Numbered from the stretch's first letter, positions 26,797 to 39,831 are shown. The stretch: 64,000 bases of DNA from Tubiluchus corallicola (GCA_030141605.1 JAQGDQ010000225.1:124001-188000); one strand, 5' to 3'. Notes: generated by a model from the sequence alone, not told the origin. Translations and numbers: made by a program.

Positions 26797-28260
26797 CGTC
26801 CATAAGTCGGCAATTAAGCTTTCTAGTTATTCACATATCCTGAATCTCTATTTCATGAGGATCATTTTGATACCAAGCTCATCGCTCTATGTTATTTCTA
26901 AGCTGAGATAATTCAGGTTGAAGTTGATGTTCCTGCTACACACTGAAAAACCTAATCTTGAGAAAAACGCTGTTAAAATCAGTCATTGTTTTTTGTCGCG
27001 TTTCTGCAAAACCACACGAAAGTGTGGTTGCTATGAATTTTACAAGAGCAAATTGAAGTTACATTTAAATCCAGTAGATGGCTCTTCCAGACGAAGATCT
27101 GGTCTTGTCAACAGAAAAAACCCGAAGCAAAATGGCTGCTCCCATGAGCTACAATCGCAGTTAGAAAATACAAGTTTTTTTACAATTGCAGTACTAGTTT
27201 CTAGACAGAAAAGTGGGTAAGAAGTTATAAAATTAGATTGCTAGTATTTTTTGTACATTTTCCGGATAATTTGATGCTAGAATATAAAAGTCCTATATAT
27301 TTAGCATTTGTTTTCATAAAAAATCGACATTTGACCAAATTTTTGGTGCTTTCTACTTTGAAGCATCATAACTGTAGGGCGCCGAGTAACCCACTAGCTG
27401 AAGTAACACTTCTGGTAAAACGCATGTGCTATATTTGCGGAAAAGTAGTGTCGTACATGGGGGCAGCCCAGGTAGGACACTAGTGATTTCTGTCGAGAAT
27501 CGAGATTTATAACATAATAAAACATAAAACTAAATTTGTTTTAGAAAAAAGTAACTTTATAACAATGATGGATAGTCCTTGACAATTAACAAATGTATTT
27601 TTTACAACAATATAATCATTATTATTAGCTCCTCAAATATCATCATAATATTAAACTAAGTATCTAATGCTTTAAAGAGAAAAACTATGTAGGGCACATA
27701 ACTCGCTAACCCGTTTACTTGGTTAGTAGAAAATAATTATTTGTCCAGGAGGGAGTGAAAAGGATCACCTGTCTGTGAAGCAAAACAAAATAAAAAATGA
27801 TATACCTTAAGCAAATGTTGCAATTGCCTAAAAAGTGCGCTTATTTCACTTCGAAGAAAATTAATATAGCCAAATATTAATTGTTCTAGCTCAGAATAAA
27901 ATTCTTTTATTTTATCAGATGTATAATGAATTATCCAATGTGTATTGACGTTTTTAATTATTATTATTACATAAACAAGGACAACGGACGGTGTCAGTAC
28001 GCTTAGTGACAAAATTCGTGACCTGTCACTAATGCCCTACTTGGGCAGCCCATGTACGACGCGTCCTACTTGGGCTAGCCCATGTATGACGCGTCCTACT
28101 TGAGCTAGCCCATGTACGCCAATTGTCCTACTTCGGCTAGTGGGTTACTCGGCACCCAACAATAACATAGTTCTAACTATGTCGACATATAGACGGTTTT
28201 GGTTTGCAAGCACACAAATATATGTTACGACTTTTATGTGTATAATATCAAGTTCACTTG
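26797..28260 (-). repeat. Dispersed repeat (inverse of 17700-18316) interrupted by a nested transposon
   Basis: Homology to the other copy stops at 27372 and resumes at 28162. Confidence 0.78.
27373..28161. mobile_element. Non-autonomous DNA transposon with TGT...ACA ends (Ginger-like), nested
   Basis: ~33-bp TIR TGT(A/T)GGG(C/T)GCCGAGTAACCCACTAGC(T/C)GAAGTA; 5-bp TSD ATAAC; subterminal ~30-bp tandem repeats at 28037-28135. Confidence 0.85.
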
Positions 28261-28594
28261 CAAACAGATAGACATTCTGTTGACCCTGGTTTGCTCACCA
28301 AATTGGTGAATCGGATCGGATCCTGTGAATGTACGAGGACTTTTCAGTTACAGCCTACAAAAGCTAGACATATACGTCTTAGATATATGCTGAGCAGTTT
28401 TAGATTTACACTGCGTCAAATTTAAGCAGTGTGTATAACATTTTAGGTACAGTAGCCTAGGCATACTGAATTATGAATACGCAAGCTTTCAAAAAACATA
28501 GATTCATAATGCACAAAGGTGATAACTGATCACGACTCTATTATGTAATTAAGATTACAGAAGTATTTAACATAGGACTACAGTTTTCACAAAC

Positions 28595-28613
28595 CTAGTA
28601 GTTCTAAATTCAT
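28595..28613 (-). CDS. RBBP5: RBBP5 exon 1 (19 coding nt)
   Basis: ATG AAT TTA GAA CTA CTA G|GTTTGT encodes MNLELL, the conserved RBBP5 start. Confidence 0.93.
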
Positions 28614-29060
28614 GATTTCCTTGTGTCGCTGGAATTATTTAAAACATTAATCAGTTTTTAAATCATTCTATAATATAAATTTCGCACACTTTCCACATTA
28701 TCAGAAGAACATACTTTTTGCCATCTAGCGAGAGCACTTAAAAGTTTTTTAAATGGTTTATAAACTACTGAAAAATACTAAGAAAAGCCATTTATGAAAT
28801 ATAATTAAAACGGCTTGCCGTAATTCAAGTATAGGCTTTCTTTATCTAGAATAAATTTGACAATAATTTAAAAGTTTACGAAATTTAAAATTCACTTTCT
28901 AATTAGAAAGCTACATTTTTTGTTAACAGGTGGCGCCACATCTTCTAGTACTTCATTAAGTAAATTTGTTTTATAACTAAGTAAACTCTTAAGAAAGTAT
29001 GTTTGCGACCGGCTTGAATGTTTAAATTCCTCACTCGGACCATGTGAAATTAACAAGAGA
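28614..29060. promoter_or_regulatory. Probable bidirectional promoter between RBBP5 and the plus-strand gene
   Basis: Two divergent ATGs about 450 bp apart; CTCF/YY1-like motifs GCCATCTAGCG (28720-28730) and CAGGTGGCGC (~28927). Confidence 0.55.
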
Positions 29061-29224
29061 ATGAGTGGTGTGGCCAAAAAAATCGCAGCCGACGTCATGC
29101 TTCAAGGAGATGCGGCATTAAACGAAATAAGAGCCAGTGAGGATGATGAAGTTGGTGCTTCCAAAATTGATCAAACGAAAAGTCCGATATCTTTAGAAGT
29201 TCCAGTATTGAAAGCTGCATCATC
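29061..29224 (+). CDS. Candidate first coding exon of the plus-strand gene (probably GRAMD1-like)
   Basis: ATG-initiated MSGVAKKIAADVMLQGDAALNEIRASEDDEVGASKIDQTKSPISLEVPVLKAAS ending in a strong TC|GTAAGT donor; phase 2 matches the phase-2 acceptor at 48654. Linkage is inferred. Confidence 0.55.
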
Positions 29225-31359
29225 GTAAGTATTGTAGCTTACATTCAAAACGTAATCACTCTCACTATTGTAACGGCTATTATTCAAGACGGGCGGAGAA
29301 TCATACTGCAGTCACATGTTATTATTTGCGGTTACAGCTTGTCTTATTTCAACGTTTTCCTTTTGTGTGCACATAGACGTCATAGTTGTCAAGTTGGAGA
29401 AGTGCCAATGAGTGATAGAGCCAAATTAATTGTGGGTCTGGGGAACACTGTAAGCCCCTTCCACCCTCAATGCCCCTGCGCGGTCGGTGGCGTCTCCTGC
29501 ATTTTAAAGGTTTTTACAAACCTTGGTAAGCAGAAGCTAAGTAATTTTTACCCTTAAAGGACAAAAAAATGGCCAACCAAAGTAAGTTTCAGAAAATTCG
29601 CAATAAAAAATTATATCGACTAAGTTAAGCGAATAAAGTACTCACTTTTTCGCATTTACTCCAATTTTTGTAAAATATTTCAACCGCTGCAGTAAACGTT
29701 GGCGCAGACGTGTTTCATTTAGTCCGCCAACTGAAAAGCCAGCATGTGACTGATCACGTAGCATGACATCACTCGAACACAGTTGCAGTAAGTTCTGAAC
29801 ACGTGTACTATAAAGATTTTTGTTGTGGTTCTGTGATGCCATCTAATATGGCGCCGCCGTGACAGTCTCGCAGGAGTATTTAAAAAGAAAACAAACAGGA
29901 AATTCTTTTAACATGAGTATGATAAACGCTTAAGATTGCCTCTAACCGTTATAATAAAATCTAGCGAAAATTTTCTGAGACTTGCTTTAACTAGGTCTTT
30001 TCTTGTCCTTTAAACGTTTAAAGTTGTCCTTTGAAACAAGTTTACAGCTTGTTCTTTAATGTTTAATAGCCGTCATTTTTTTCGGTGCCAACATACTTCT
30101 ATTATTTACTGAACAGACTGAGGTGCTATCATTTTCCTAGTATGCAGAATTTAATTAATTCGAAATTAGTAAAAAAAATACCCCAACCAAAAGCATAATT
30201 ATCATGACAGAATCTCAATTCACAAACAATGCCAGGCTAAAATCACAGCATTCTCATCATCATTCTGTCAATTGTCTTGTAAAATAATCCATCAAATTTT
30301 GGTATATTTCTTAGCAACAGAGTAAAAAAACAGATTAAATACTTTAATGGAAGTTGCCATATTGAATTTTTCTTTTTTTGTAGTAGTTATGGCCAGGGAC
30401 GTATTATGACATTATGGCACCCTAGGCTGGTACTCGAGTTCTGCCCATTGCCGAATGCTTATGTATGAAAGCAGCACGCAATTGCTTGCATTGTATTGGA
30501 AATACTACTACCTACTTAGTTACTGTTAATTATGTACAACATTTGTATTGCGCTTATATTGATCGTGGCGAACTATGCTTTTTATATACAGTGCTTATAT
30601 AACACAAACTCAGTAACTGTTTATGGTGATTACTGGTATGTCAAGTATAATCTGGAGATTGATTGGATCTACAATTAAGTGTCGGAAATTTTTGGCAAAC
30701 TTCAAGAAAAAATAAGAAAGAAGAATTTGCTAGTCTTTATACTCTTTTAATCAGATAGTTACCAGAATTTGCTATGATGCTAATGTTAATTGTATTCCAG
30801 TCTACAATGTAATTTATCAAATCGCTACAGTATAATAGTGTCACTAAAATCGCAAAAAAAACTTGATTAGCTAATTCACTGTAAGAAGCAAATTTTGCTA
30901 CAAATATTAGCAGACAGTATTAGAGGTTGCAAAAGTCAACACATGAAATGTTTTATGAAAAATTTGTTTTATTACATCATTTATGTGAATTAGAGGTTAA
31001 TTAAACAATTTTTTTCCTGGCCCTTTTCCTGTGCAAATCTATCAAGAACATTGGTGTAATCTAAATTTTGTGCATTGTCTGTCTCTATATTCAGCAAGGC
31101 AAGACAGCTTAATTTTCTGGTTCAAAAAATGAATTTTTAAGTCACTCATAACTCACCAATTTTACTTATACTGCAATAACCACACGGCTGTTCAACAAAG
31201 TAATTTGCAAACATACTGGTGGTCATTTTCTATGAGCTGCCTGTTGTACATTTGTTAATAGCACCCACGTGTGCTAGCTACCCGAATTGTTGTAATTTCT
31301 GTATTCTAAAAGCAATGTGCTATGCCCTTTCCATGACCTTAATGAATGCTTTTTTCCTG

Positions 31360-31485
31360 AAGCTTGAACTTTTTTACATTGCACTGGACCTCACTTGGCC
31401 AGCAAGTTGAACATTTTTTACTTGGCACTTGACCTCATTTAACCAGCAAGTTGAAGTTCTTTACTTGACACTGAACTTCGCTTGA
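31360..31485. repeat. Short ~42-bp tandem repeat x3
   Basis: TTGAAC..TTTTAC.TGCACT.GACCTCA.TT..CCAGCAAG repeated. Confidence 0.6.
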
Positions 31486-32525
31486 CGAGGGGTGTGCAAG
31501 AGAAAGGATAGTGAAACACAACAGCTCATCAAGTGAGACACTGTTCTCAGATTAATATAGTGAAAACTATAGGCAGTGTAAAATTAATAGAAAAAAGAAA
31601 AAAATAGAATATAAGAAACAAAAAACGCCATGCTATTAATGATAAAATTAGGAGCACAGAATAGGCAATGAATAGACAGTAGTTTTTGTTTCTTATATTC
31701 TATTTATTTTTTCTTAATGTAATAGTACTACGTATGGGATTGATATAAAAAGATTTTTTTTATTTTAGTGTGGATAACAATTGCGTACTTTCAGACAATT
31801 ACAGGTGCAATTTGAATTAAATGCTTTGTGTAAATGCTTGTGTAAATAAATCTATATGCACACTTTCAACTTTTGATTGGAGATAATGGAGTAACATTCA
31901 AGTTTAGTTGGTCGTAAAACTAGCAAAAAATAGAAGAATTCTGTAGGTATTTACTAATTCACTGCACTGTGACCAAAATTATAAAGCAGAATTGGATGAC
32001 TTATACTAGAAATACCAATGTAATCAACATTGATAACTGTGTGCAACTGTCGGCAACTTCATCATTAAATAGCCAGTCAACAGCTGTGACGGTCGATTTT
32101 TTGAGGCTTTTTCTTGTATTTCAGCAAGTCTTTCTGTGCCTTTCAATCAATCAGCAGTTTCTGATTTTTGCTGCTTGTCTGAGAGGCAGCGTCTTCGAGC
32201 AGGAAATGTACTAGGCAAACATGAAATTTTTATAGCATAATGTTGCGAAGTGGCCGCTTTCACCAGTGAAAATGTGCTTTAAGACGACAGTAAAATCCTC
32301 GAATTGATTTTGGAATTTCTGTAGAAAATGCATTTAATATATCTTCTAAGCCGAGCTTAACCCTAAAATACCGGTTTGCCTAAAAGAAACTGTGATTGTG
32401 AAGTGTAAGGCGCCTTTTGAACATATGTAAGGCTTTTAGAAATTGGCCTTTTCTTGTACAGCGAAGATATTATACTGTCATTGCATACCTGTATTGCCGG
32501 CATGTTATACTGTCACGATTAGGGA

Positions 32526-32741
32526 TTAAACGAGTACACTCATGGAAACCCCACATTTTCCCGCAAAGTAATAGTCAATGAAGGATTTAAACTTTACTAG
32601 GGTTGGTGTGGCAACCACCATAGCAGGCAAATTATTCCATTCGTTCACCATTTTCACGGTAAATGAATATTTGCGAATGTCGAGACGTAACCGCTCTTTA
32701 AAAAAATTTTTTGCTGTGTCCTCTAGTTTTTGAATCAACAA
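32526..32741 (-). mobile_element. CR1-type LINE 3' fragment
   Basis: FKERLRLDIRKYSFTVKMVNEWNNLPAMVVATPTLVKFKSFID is the CR1 ORF2 C-terminal motif. Confidence 0.8.
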
Positions 32742-32746
32742 GTAAA

Positions 32747-33288
32747 TTAAAGGAAGGCAGGATGATTTTTCATATCCGACCCCATTTTGAAGTAGTGTAA
32801 AAAGTACTGTAACACTATAATATCAAAGCATTTGTAATAATTAATTAGTAGTCTGTTAAAAACTTAATTAATGGCGGGCGAGCCCAACTAGTAATGACAT
32901 CACAACTGGACAGGACAGCATAAACATTCCATAAGTGTGTTGCACATGTTTACGAAAGCGAAAATTGAAGTACAGTGCTACTGTGTTTACCACTGTGCTC
33001 ACGCATGACCTGTTGAATTTGTGTAGTTCATCACAAACTAACACATCTGAACTGAGAGGTACAGCACCTGTTTTTTCTGCAATACAAGTGCTGGTGCCTG
33101 TCTAACTAGCGAATAGTGAAATGCATGTAACAGCAAAGAACTAGTTGCACGAACATGAAATTGTGTTTGTGTGGTAATAATTCTTTTAGTTAGTCATTTT
33201 TGAAAAAAATAGTATGTTTCCTGTCAATATTTTAAAGAGTAAATTGCTTTGACCTACAGTTTAAGATTGAGTTCGGTTTCGCTGTAAA
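32747..33288 (-). mobile_element. TTAA-flanked dispersed element, near full-length copy
   Basis: Reverse complement of 15747-16347. Confidence 0.6.
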
Positions 33289-33344
33289 GAAAATTTCAGG
33301 TTGAATGTTTTCGTTTTTAGTCTGTATTTTATAAACTTTGTCAT

Positions 33345-33608
33345 GAAATTGTTGATCTTATAAATTGCTATAAAATCGTCAATGGCCTAACCTTTCTGGT
33401 GGAAGATGATTTCTTTTCTCGACCTTCTTGCCCCCTCTGTGGACATCTCTCGAAACTCTTTGTTCCTTATTCTCAAACTAATTTCCCTTTTTTTTACTCA
33501 AGTATTGTTAACCAATGGAACAAATTGCCAGCTGCAATTGTAGATGCACCATCAATCTATTGCTTTAAAGTGTCTTTGAGAAGGGACTACAACCGAATTC
33601 AACTCTAG
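33345..33608 (+). mobile_element. CR1-type LINE 3' fragment
   Basis: CYKIVNGL...GH..KL....FFYSSIVNQWNKLPAAIVDAPSIYCFK. Confidence 0.78.
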
Positions 33609-35305
33609 GTCCCTATAACTTTGTAAGGTAAACCTCTATTAGCACAATGCTAGGCAGATTCTTCCAGTGATTCATTTCAAATGGTTCTTTATTGACCGTT
33701 CTTTGATTAGCCTCATAACGTTCAATGCATTTAGGGGCAAATATTCCACTTTCAAAGACTAATAATATTTTTTGCAAGGTTGAACATGTGTCATCTCTGC
33801 TGCTTTAATATTTAACTAAAATCAATACTGGATGTTTGCAGACATTGCTTATTACATGGAACAAACTCATCTTCAGCCTCCAGTCTTGTGCTGGTCTTTT
33901 TATTAGCCTATTTGATTTGAATGTTAGTACCAACTTTATCTTCATCCTTATATAATTTGCTTCAACAGAAAAATTGACCATCAACATTAGATTAGCTGGT
34001 GCTTATGATAATCAAGTTGTTAGGAGATGAAACATCTACAATTTCTTTAATGAACCTCTTCAAGTTGTTCTGCACTGAGCACTTAGGAACAAGTGGATAA
34101 AATTGAAGAAAAACTCGCAACTTAAACTGTCATTTCTGGCACTGAATGGCTTTGGAGGAGGCTGTACAAAGGGTGACTTTAAAATTATCATTTGAAATCA
34201 TGATAGGGAATGATACAACATTTCTTTGGTTTGATATGACATTGAGGAATAACGAAGGATCGTGTACACTGGCTTTACCTCATTTGGCTCAGTTTGAATT
34301 GATTATGTTCAATGACGACTGCATCCATGTACAGATTTTCATAAGGCTGAAAATGTTTGTGTATCCACATGGACCATAATCCAAAATCAAATCCGGGCAG
34401 CTCGGTAGATATGTCCTGATGAACTTATTGCTTCAAATGCAGAATGTGACGGATTTAAAAGGGGTTAACAAGAAATTTACAATTCTGAAGGGATTTTAGT
34501 CTAAACATTAACTAGTTCCCGATCTTATCGTGCCTACTAATCATGGCACTAAGTGCTAGTACAGTATTAATATTTCAGTTTCACTTTCTGGCAGCGTGTA
34601 TGCTTGAACCAGTGGCTAAGAAAAAGCACATTCTTCCATGAGTTGCTAAAAAACTGCAAAATTCGTTCTGAAAACTTTAGTTAAAAATTACCAAACAACA
34701 AGATTAAGGATGATTCCCATTTTTGTTAAAGCACAATCTGATTTTTAAACTTAAAAAACTGGAATATTCAAGCCATGGAAATATCAAAATTGAAGCTTGT
34801 GTCCGATAGTCAACATGTTGTATCTATAGCTAAAGTACGGTGTTCCATGTCTTTCGCTCCTGATGATCTTCAAAAAGTTTCCTTGTTGGGATTCTGAAAG
34901 GAAAAGATAGAAGCATTGCATAACAGTAGCTTCATAGTTACACCAGAGGTTATAACTCATGAATTCAAGAATCCAGGCAAAACAGCAAAGATAAAAGAGT
35001 CACAGGTAATAAAATCAGAGAAAAAAATCACAAGAAAATGTCACAAAAAAGAAATAAAACTAACCCTAGCCAAAATTAATTGTGACTTTTTTCCTTTAAC
35101 TTTTTCCTAGCCAAAATTGTGCCTCTTTTTTCCTATGACCTTTTTACACAGAATTTAAAAGTTTGTCAAACCTGAAAATTTAGAAATGGTTTACTAACAT
35201 GAAAGCATTGTAAATGTTGTTATTGCTTTTTTCACTGTTTTAGTTAGCTAATGGGGCAATCTTTTTGTTTAAAGCGATTTCGTTGTCATCCTGGTGTTAT
35301 TGTCT

Positions 35306-35503
35306 TCATGGTTTCGCATTATTGGATTTCATCATCACACAGCAGTAAATAATAACAAAAGCATCCAGTATCATTAGAGCAGTAAAGATACGAGTGCTGA
35401 ACATCATCACCCAAAAGTTGATCACAAGAGCAGCTGCTATAAACAGAATAAGGAACAACAGCCGAGCTCCATTTAGGAGTAGTCTACCACTGTCTTCAAA
35501 CAT
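35306..35503 (-). CDS. Microprotein A: 65-aa two-TM hairpin, paralog of the ORFs at 37649 and 39832
   Basis: ATG-started, two hydrophobic segments, aligns without gaps to paralog B; upstream CRE-like TGATGTCA plus X-box. Confidence 0.65.
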   Translation of the reverse strand: MFEDSGRLLLNGARLLFLILFIAAALVINFWVMMFSTRIFTALMILDAFVIIYCCVMMKSNNAKP

Positions 35504-35616
35504 TTTGCCAGTAAGTTTATAAGAACTTCACAAATAAGAATGAAAGATTGTGGAGGCGAGAAGGCTAGATTACTTCTCCTTGAAGTAGAAGACCTGCAGC
35601 CATGGCTGGTTGTAAA

Positions 35617-35649
35617 TGATGTCATAATTATCCCTGTCACCTTAGCAAC
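35617..35649. promoter_or_regulatory. CRE-like TGATGTCA plus RFX X-box GTCACCTTAGCAAC upstream of microprotein A
   Basis: Matches X-box consensus GTNRCC-N(0-3)-RGYAAC; near-identical module upstream of paralog B. Confidence 0.55.
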
Positions 35650-37294
35650 ATTTAGTTTTTGAAGTATGATAACATCTGTTTTTGTGCTGATTGTACATGC
35701 TCATTTAAAAGTTGAAAACAAATGGTTTATTTTGTCTTTTGCTTCTTGTTTTGGTTCGTGTCTTTGGGAAAGCGTTGTGTTTCAATTGTTCTGTTGCGTG
35801 AAGTCACGGCTAAGAGCTCAAGTCTCGAATAAAGTTATTTAAATTTTGAAAGAAAAGGCGTATACATTTAAAAATGTAGTTCAAAATTACTCAACAGCCC
35901 AGCATTTCCTAAATGAGATATATGTAAATCCATATTTAACATAATACTTATTAACAAAGTATGGTTAGCCACCAAAATGAAATGTTGAGTGTAAGAGGTG
36001 GGTACAGGGGTGAACTCTGTGTGTCCAAAGTAAAGGTTTTGCATTTTACGTGCTAGGCCACTGAGGCAGAGCCTGTCAAGTTTTAAGCTTGGGTAGTGCC
36101 AGGGTCGAAGATCACACTCATACATATTTCACACTCACTCATACATTAGGGTTTTTGGGAAAGTCGCATCGTAATTGGTGAAGGATTTGCTACATCAAGT
36201 GTTCTCATGTTTATTTATGTCATGCCGTGTTCTTGTAGCATTTCCTGCACATTTCGTACTACATAAACTGAAACTTCGCAGTAGCTGTAACCTGCTCTTA
36301 TTCCTCAATTTAAAGCCAGCATTCTAAAGCTAATAATAGGACAAAGAGTGGCTAAAGTGTGTGGTTGGTTGTGGAAGTTAAGCAGCAGTGAGGCTGATTA
36401 GTAAGTAGCTTGCTTGAGACGCTGGGAAAAATGTACTTTATCATACCTATAGGATGTTTTACTGCCTACTAGACTTTATTGAAATCACAGAAGTAACTTA
36501 GTGATTGTGCACTTTGAAAGTTTGAAGGACTCTCTCCTACCTCTCTTGTGCGTGAATTCTTCGCTGAGTGCTTCGAAAACCAATAACAAAAAGTGTGATG
36601 CTGCCTCAAAATTGCAATTTTTCAAATTAAATACAAATGCGCACATCTTGTTATCTTGTATTACTATTTCAAATAGGCACTATCTACAAATTCATTTGGC
36701 AATGGAACTGAGAAAATCTGGTTGCAACAATCTACTTTTGAGAGACTGTTTAGAATTTATACACACCCGGGTGATTCCAGTACTAATTTATGTATAAAAA
36801 GATCTAATTTGTTAGTTAGTAATCACTTCAGCATGCCTAAACTACTGCTATGTACTTTGGAATGATTGATTAGTGGTTAGTTATTGAAATTGATTTAAAA
36901 GCTATCATGATCACAAAAGTTATTAATTCCCAGGCACATCTGTACATGCACATACACAGGTTTTAGCACACGTATATATAGGCTAATCAAGTATTGCCTT
37001 TGCCTGTTCCACAAATGTTTTGTAAGTGTGTTAAGATATCATTTCTTTGTACCATACTTCAGTTTATATTGTAATTATGAAATACGTTTTTAATAAATAT
37101 TTTTTCGCTACGCGTTCTGGTGGCCTAATATAAGCTTGCTGCATAGATCTTCGGCGCCGTGTGTGAGTATGTAATCTGAACTTTGTGTGAATCACAAATT
37201 TGATTTTACGTACTTTCTGATGTAAAATATATGTTTATTTTGCGGAATAAATTAATTGAAATCGAAAAGTCAAAGGGTTGTGTCCACTTACTTT

Positions 37295-37380
37295 AATGAT
37301 CATGGTGTTGGACTTGCAAACCGTAGGCGCCTGGTTCAAATCCACGCTTTGTCCGGAGTTTTTCACATTTTCCTTGGTCA
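37295..37380 (+). mobile_element. tRNA-derived SINE fragment
   Basis: TTGGACTTGCAAACC..GGTTCAAATCC B-box; tail TTTTTCACATTTTCC similar to the 21328 copy. Confidence 0.45.
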
Positions 37381-37648
37381 AGCTTGTTGCAAATTTTTAA
37401 TGTAAACATGTATTGCGGGTTCATTTCAGCACTAATAACTAAATGTTATAAACACTTGCTGTACGTACCTGTATAAGATTGGTGCCATTTTTGGTTAATT
37501 TAGAGTTCAGAATTTGGACATTTTTCAAAGTCTGTTAGTATACGTGAGGTCTTTTGGAAATGATATAAGCTGATTCCATTTTGTGGTAACATTCCATATT
37601 AGTTTCTTTGCGCCTGTCTGTTGTTATCTGCTCACTTTGTTCATTTTA

Positions 37649-37825
37649 TTACTTCTTTGACTTTACTGGATCCGCAAAACAACCAAAATATATTACGCTG
37701 ATGATGTCCAATGCCAGCACACCAAATAACAAGCGTATGTCATATATATATAAAGATGCATGGATCAATCCCAAGCCAATTAATATAGTTATGTAAAACA
37801 GCAGGGTAGTTACGGAGGAGATCAT
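37649..37825 (-). CDS. Microprotein B: 58-aa two-TM hairpin (true ATG at 37825)
   Basis: MISSVTTLLFYITILIGLGLIHASLYIYDIRLLFGVLALDIISVIYFGCFADPVKSKK; AAAATG context; alignable to A and C. Confidence 0.65.
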   Translation of the reverse strand: MISSVTTLLFYITILIGLGLIHASLYIYDIRLLFGVLALDIISVIYFGCFADPVKSKK

Positions 37826-37890
37826 TTTTGATGTAACTTTACAAAGACCTGACCTGTGCAAATTCAGTCTAAAGGGGATCCATGACAGTC

Positions 37891-37973
37891 TGACGTCAGC
37901 AGGTTACATCACTCGCACAGAGAATGACCTCACAAATCAGTAGGGATGATGTCATCTCTGTCACCTTAGCGAC
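37891..37973. promoter_or_regulatory. CRE cluster (TGACGTCA 37891, TGACCTCA, TGATGTCA 37947) plus X-box GTCACCTTAGCGAC upstream of microprotein B
   Basis: Motifs read directly; same order as upstream of A. Confidence 0.55.
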
Positions 37974-38569
37974 ATCCGTACACGTGCCGTCTTCTATGCA
38001 TCAGGCTGACTAGCTAACTGACTAGACACTAGACGGCTAGCTGACTCGAGCTAACTTCAATAAAAATATTTTTACAAAAACATGGCATAAAAGTTTTGCT
38101 GATTAACACATATTGTTGCTTTTGAAATTTATGATTTTAACACCTTGGACAAAGTCTTAAAAATTTCAGTTCACATGAATTCAAGTGAAAACAACACATC
38201 AAACGATGCCATGACTGCAGTTATCAGCCTAACCTGAAGTATAGCTAAAGCACAATTATAATGACTAGTTACTTTGACACAATGTGGGCACCACCCTCCT
38301 TGAGTGTCACTGATATTATGATTTTAGAGCCATACTAGTTTACATTAGTGTTATACTAGTATTATTTTCAAATAATCAGATCCTACTCTAAAAATGTAAA
38401 TGTATTTAAAAAAAGTTTTAAACTTGTGCATTAAGAATGTTATAACAACTATGATGTTCATTATTACTGGCTTCGTCATCAAAATTAAATTGCAAACTTA
38501 GAGTGATGGACTAGTCACTAGTCAATAGTTACTGAATTTTTAAACAAAACGAAGTGGCTAGAGTTGTAA

Positions 38570-38637
38570 TGAGTTCGGATTGAACCAGAAACCTTTTGGT
38601 TACAGGTCCAATGCCATGGCCACTAAACTACAGCGCT
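38570..38637 (-). mobile_element. tRNA-derived SINE or tRNA relic
   Basis: Minus strand GCTGTAGTTTAGTGG (A box) ... GGTTCAATCC (B box); no clean cloverleaf. Confidence 0.45.
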
Positions 38638-39831
38638 GCTTTTTGATTACGGCACGTCTCAACTCGGTCTTATAGCTCACCACTTAAGTAATTGAACTAT
38701 TTCTACCATTTTCTCCACCATTAATGGATTATCTTGGAGCTAAAATAACGTGTTACGATTTATGGAATCGTAAAATTAAAAGACTATTGACATTTTAAAA
38801 TACATGCGCGTTTATTCATATATAATTCTCATTTGGCAACAATTATAGCCGACAAATTTGTCTCATAAAACGTATCTTAGGGTAACCTCCACAAATGATG
38901 AATGGTCTGTAAAGTGCCTTAGAGCTGACAAAATGTTAGGTCTGTCCTGTTGTGATCATATTTCAGTCATTTTTTGGGTGGCATCATATTGAGTACTTGA
39001 TGTCATGGAAATCTTGATTCACTGATACCACCACTGTCCTTGAATGTTTATCCTGAAACATAAAAATATTCCCTGTGTTAATGATCAATTTTAGAAACTT
39101 GTGTTTTATAATAATTTACATTTATGTCAAAAATCATATGTGCTTATATGAAAAAAATTAAAAGAAACGAGTCTGAAGAACGTTTGAGCACTTCTTTGTA
39201 ATACTAGCACAAATTCTGGTGTATAAGACATAGCTTTTAGTCTGCACAAAACTGATGTATTCGCTTCTTTGTATTACTTACACAAAACCTTACATAAAAC
39301 GTAGGTTTGGATAAGCATGAGAGTGACAGATCTGTTTGCTTCTCTGTACTACACAAATCCTTGAGTAAAAGAAGCTGATACATACATAATTTTTCCTCGG
39401 CGTAGAAATTCAATAATCAACCACAATGATCAGTGTGGTAATATAAAATATGAAGTAAATTTTTGTTTCTCACTATTCCTCGAAAGATTTTTATAGTTTA
39501 GCATTACTAATAAAGTGCATTCGTTTATCTCTTTTGATTATCATTTGGTTCTTGTCTGGTACACGCTTTTCACGCTATTAAATGCTCACATAACAAGCAT
39601 CATTTTGCAATCTTTGAGGGCTTTCAAATTCTCCAAATGTTTTTGTCTAGTAAATTAACAGCTTTGATTAGAATAAAGAATTACATCCTGCTGCTTTTAC
39701 ACTTTCCCTGTTAGTTAAAGAATAATAATTAATATGCTTTCATAAGAATACTTCGACATTTTTACTTTTAGCTTAAAGCCATGTATACTAAATGATAACT
39801 GTGAACTGTGGTGTCCAGTGACAACGTTATT

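Noticed and set aside
29377-29449. Exon-like segment encoding ...AKLIVGLGNT, resembling the peptidyl-tRNA hydrolase 'KLIVGLGNPG' motif
   Set aside because: Lacks PG, no downstream TRHN exon found, and its phase-0 end does not fit the next phase-2 exon; may be coincidence or a minor exon
37826-37861. N-terminal extension of microprotein B in the ORF track
   Set aside because: Starts at a non-ATG codon; the first in-frame ATG is 37825
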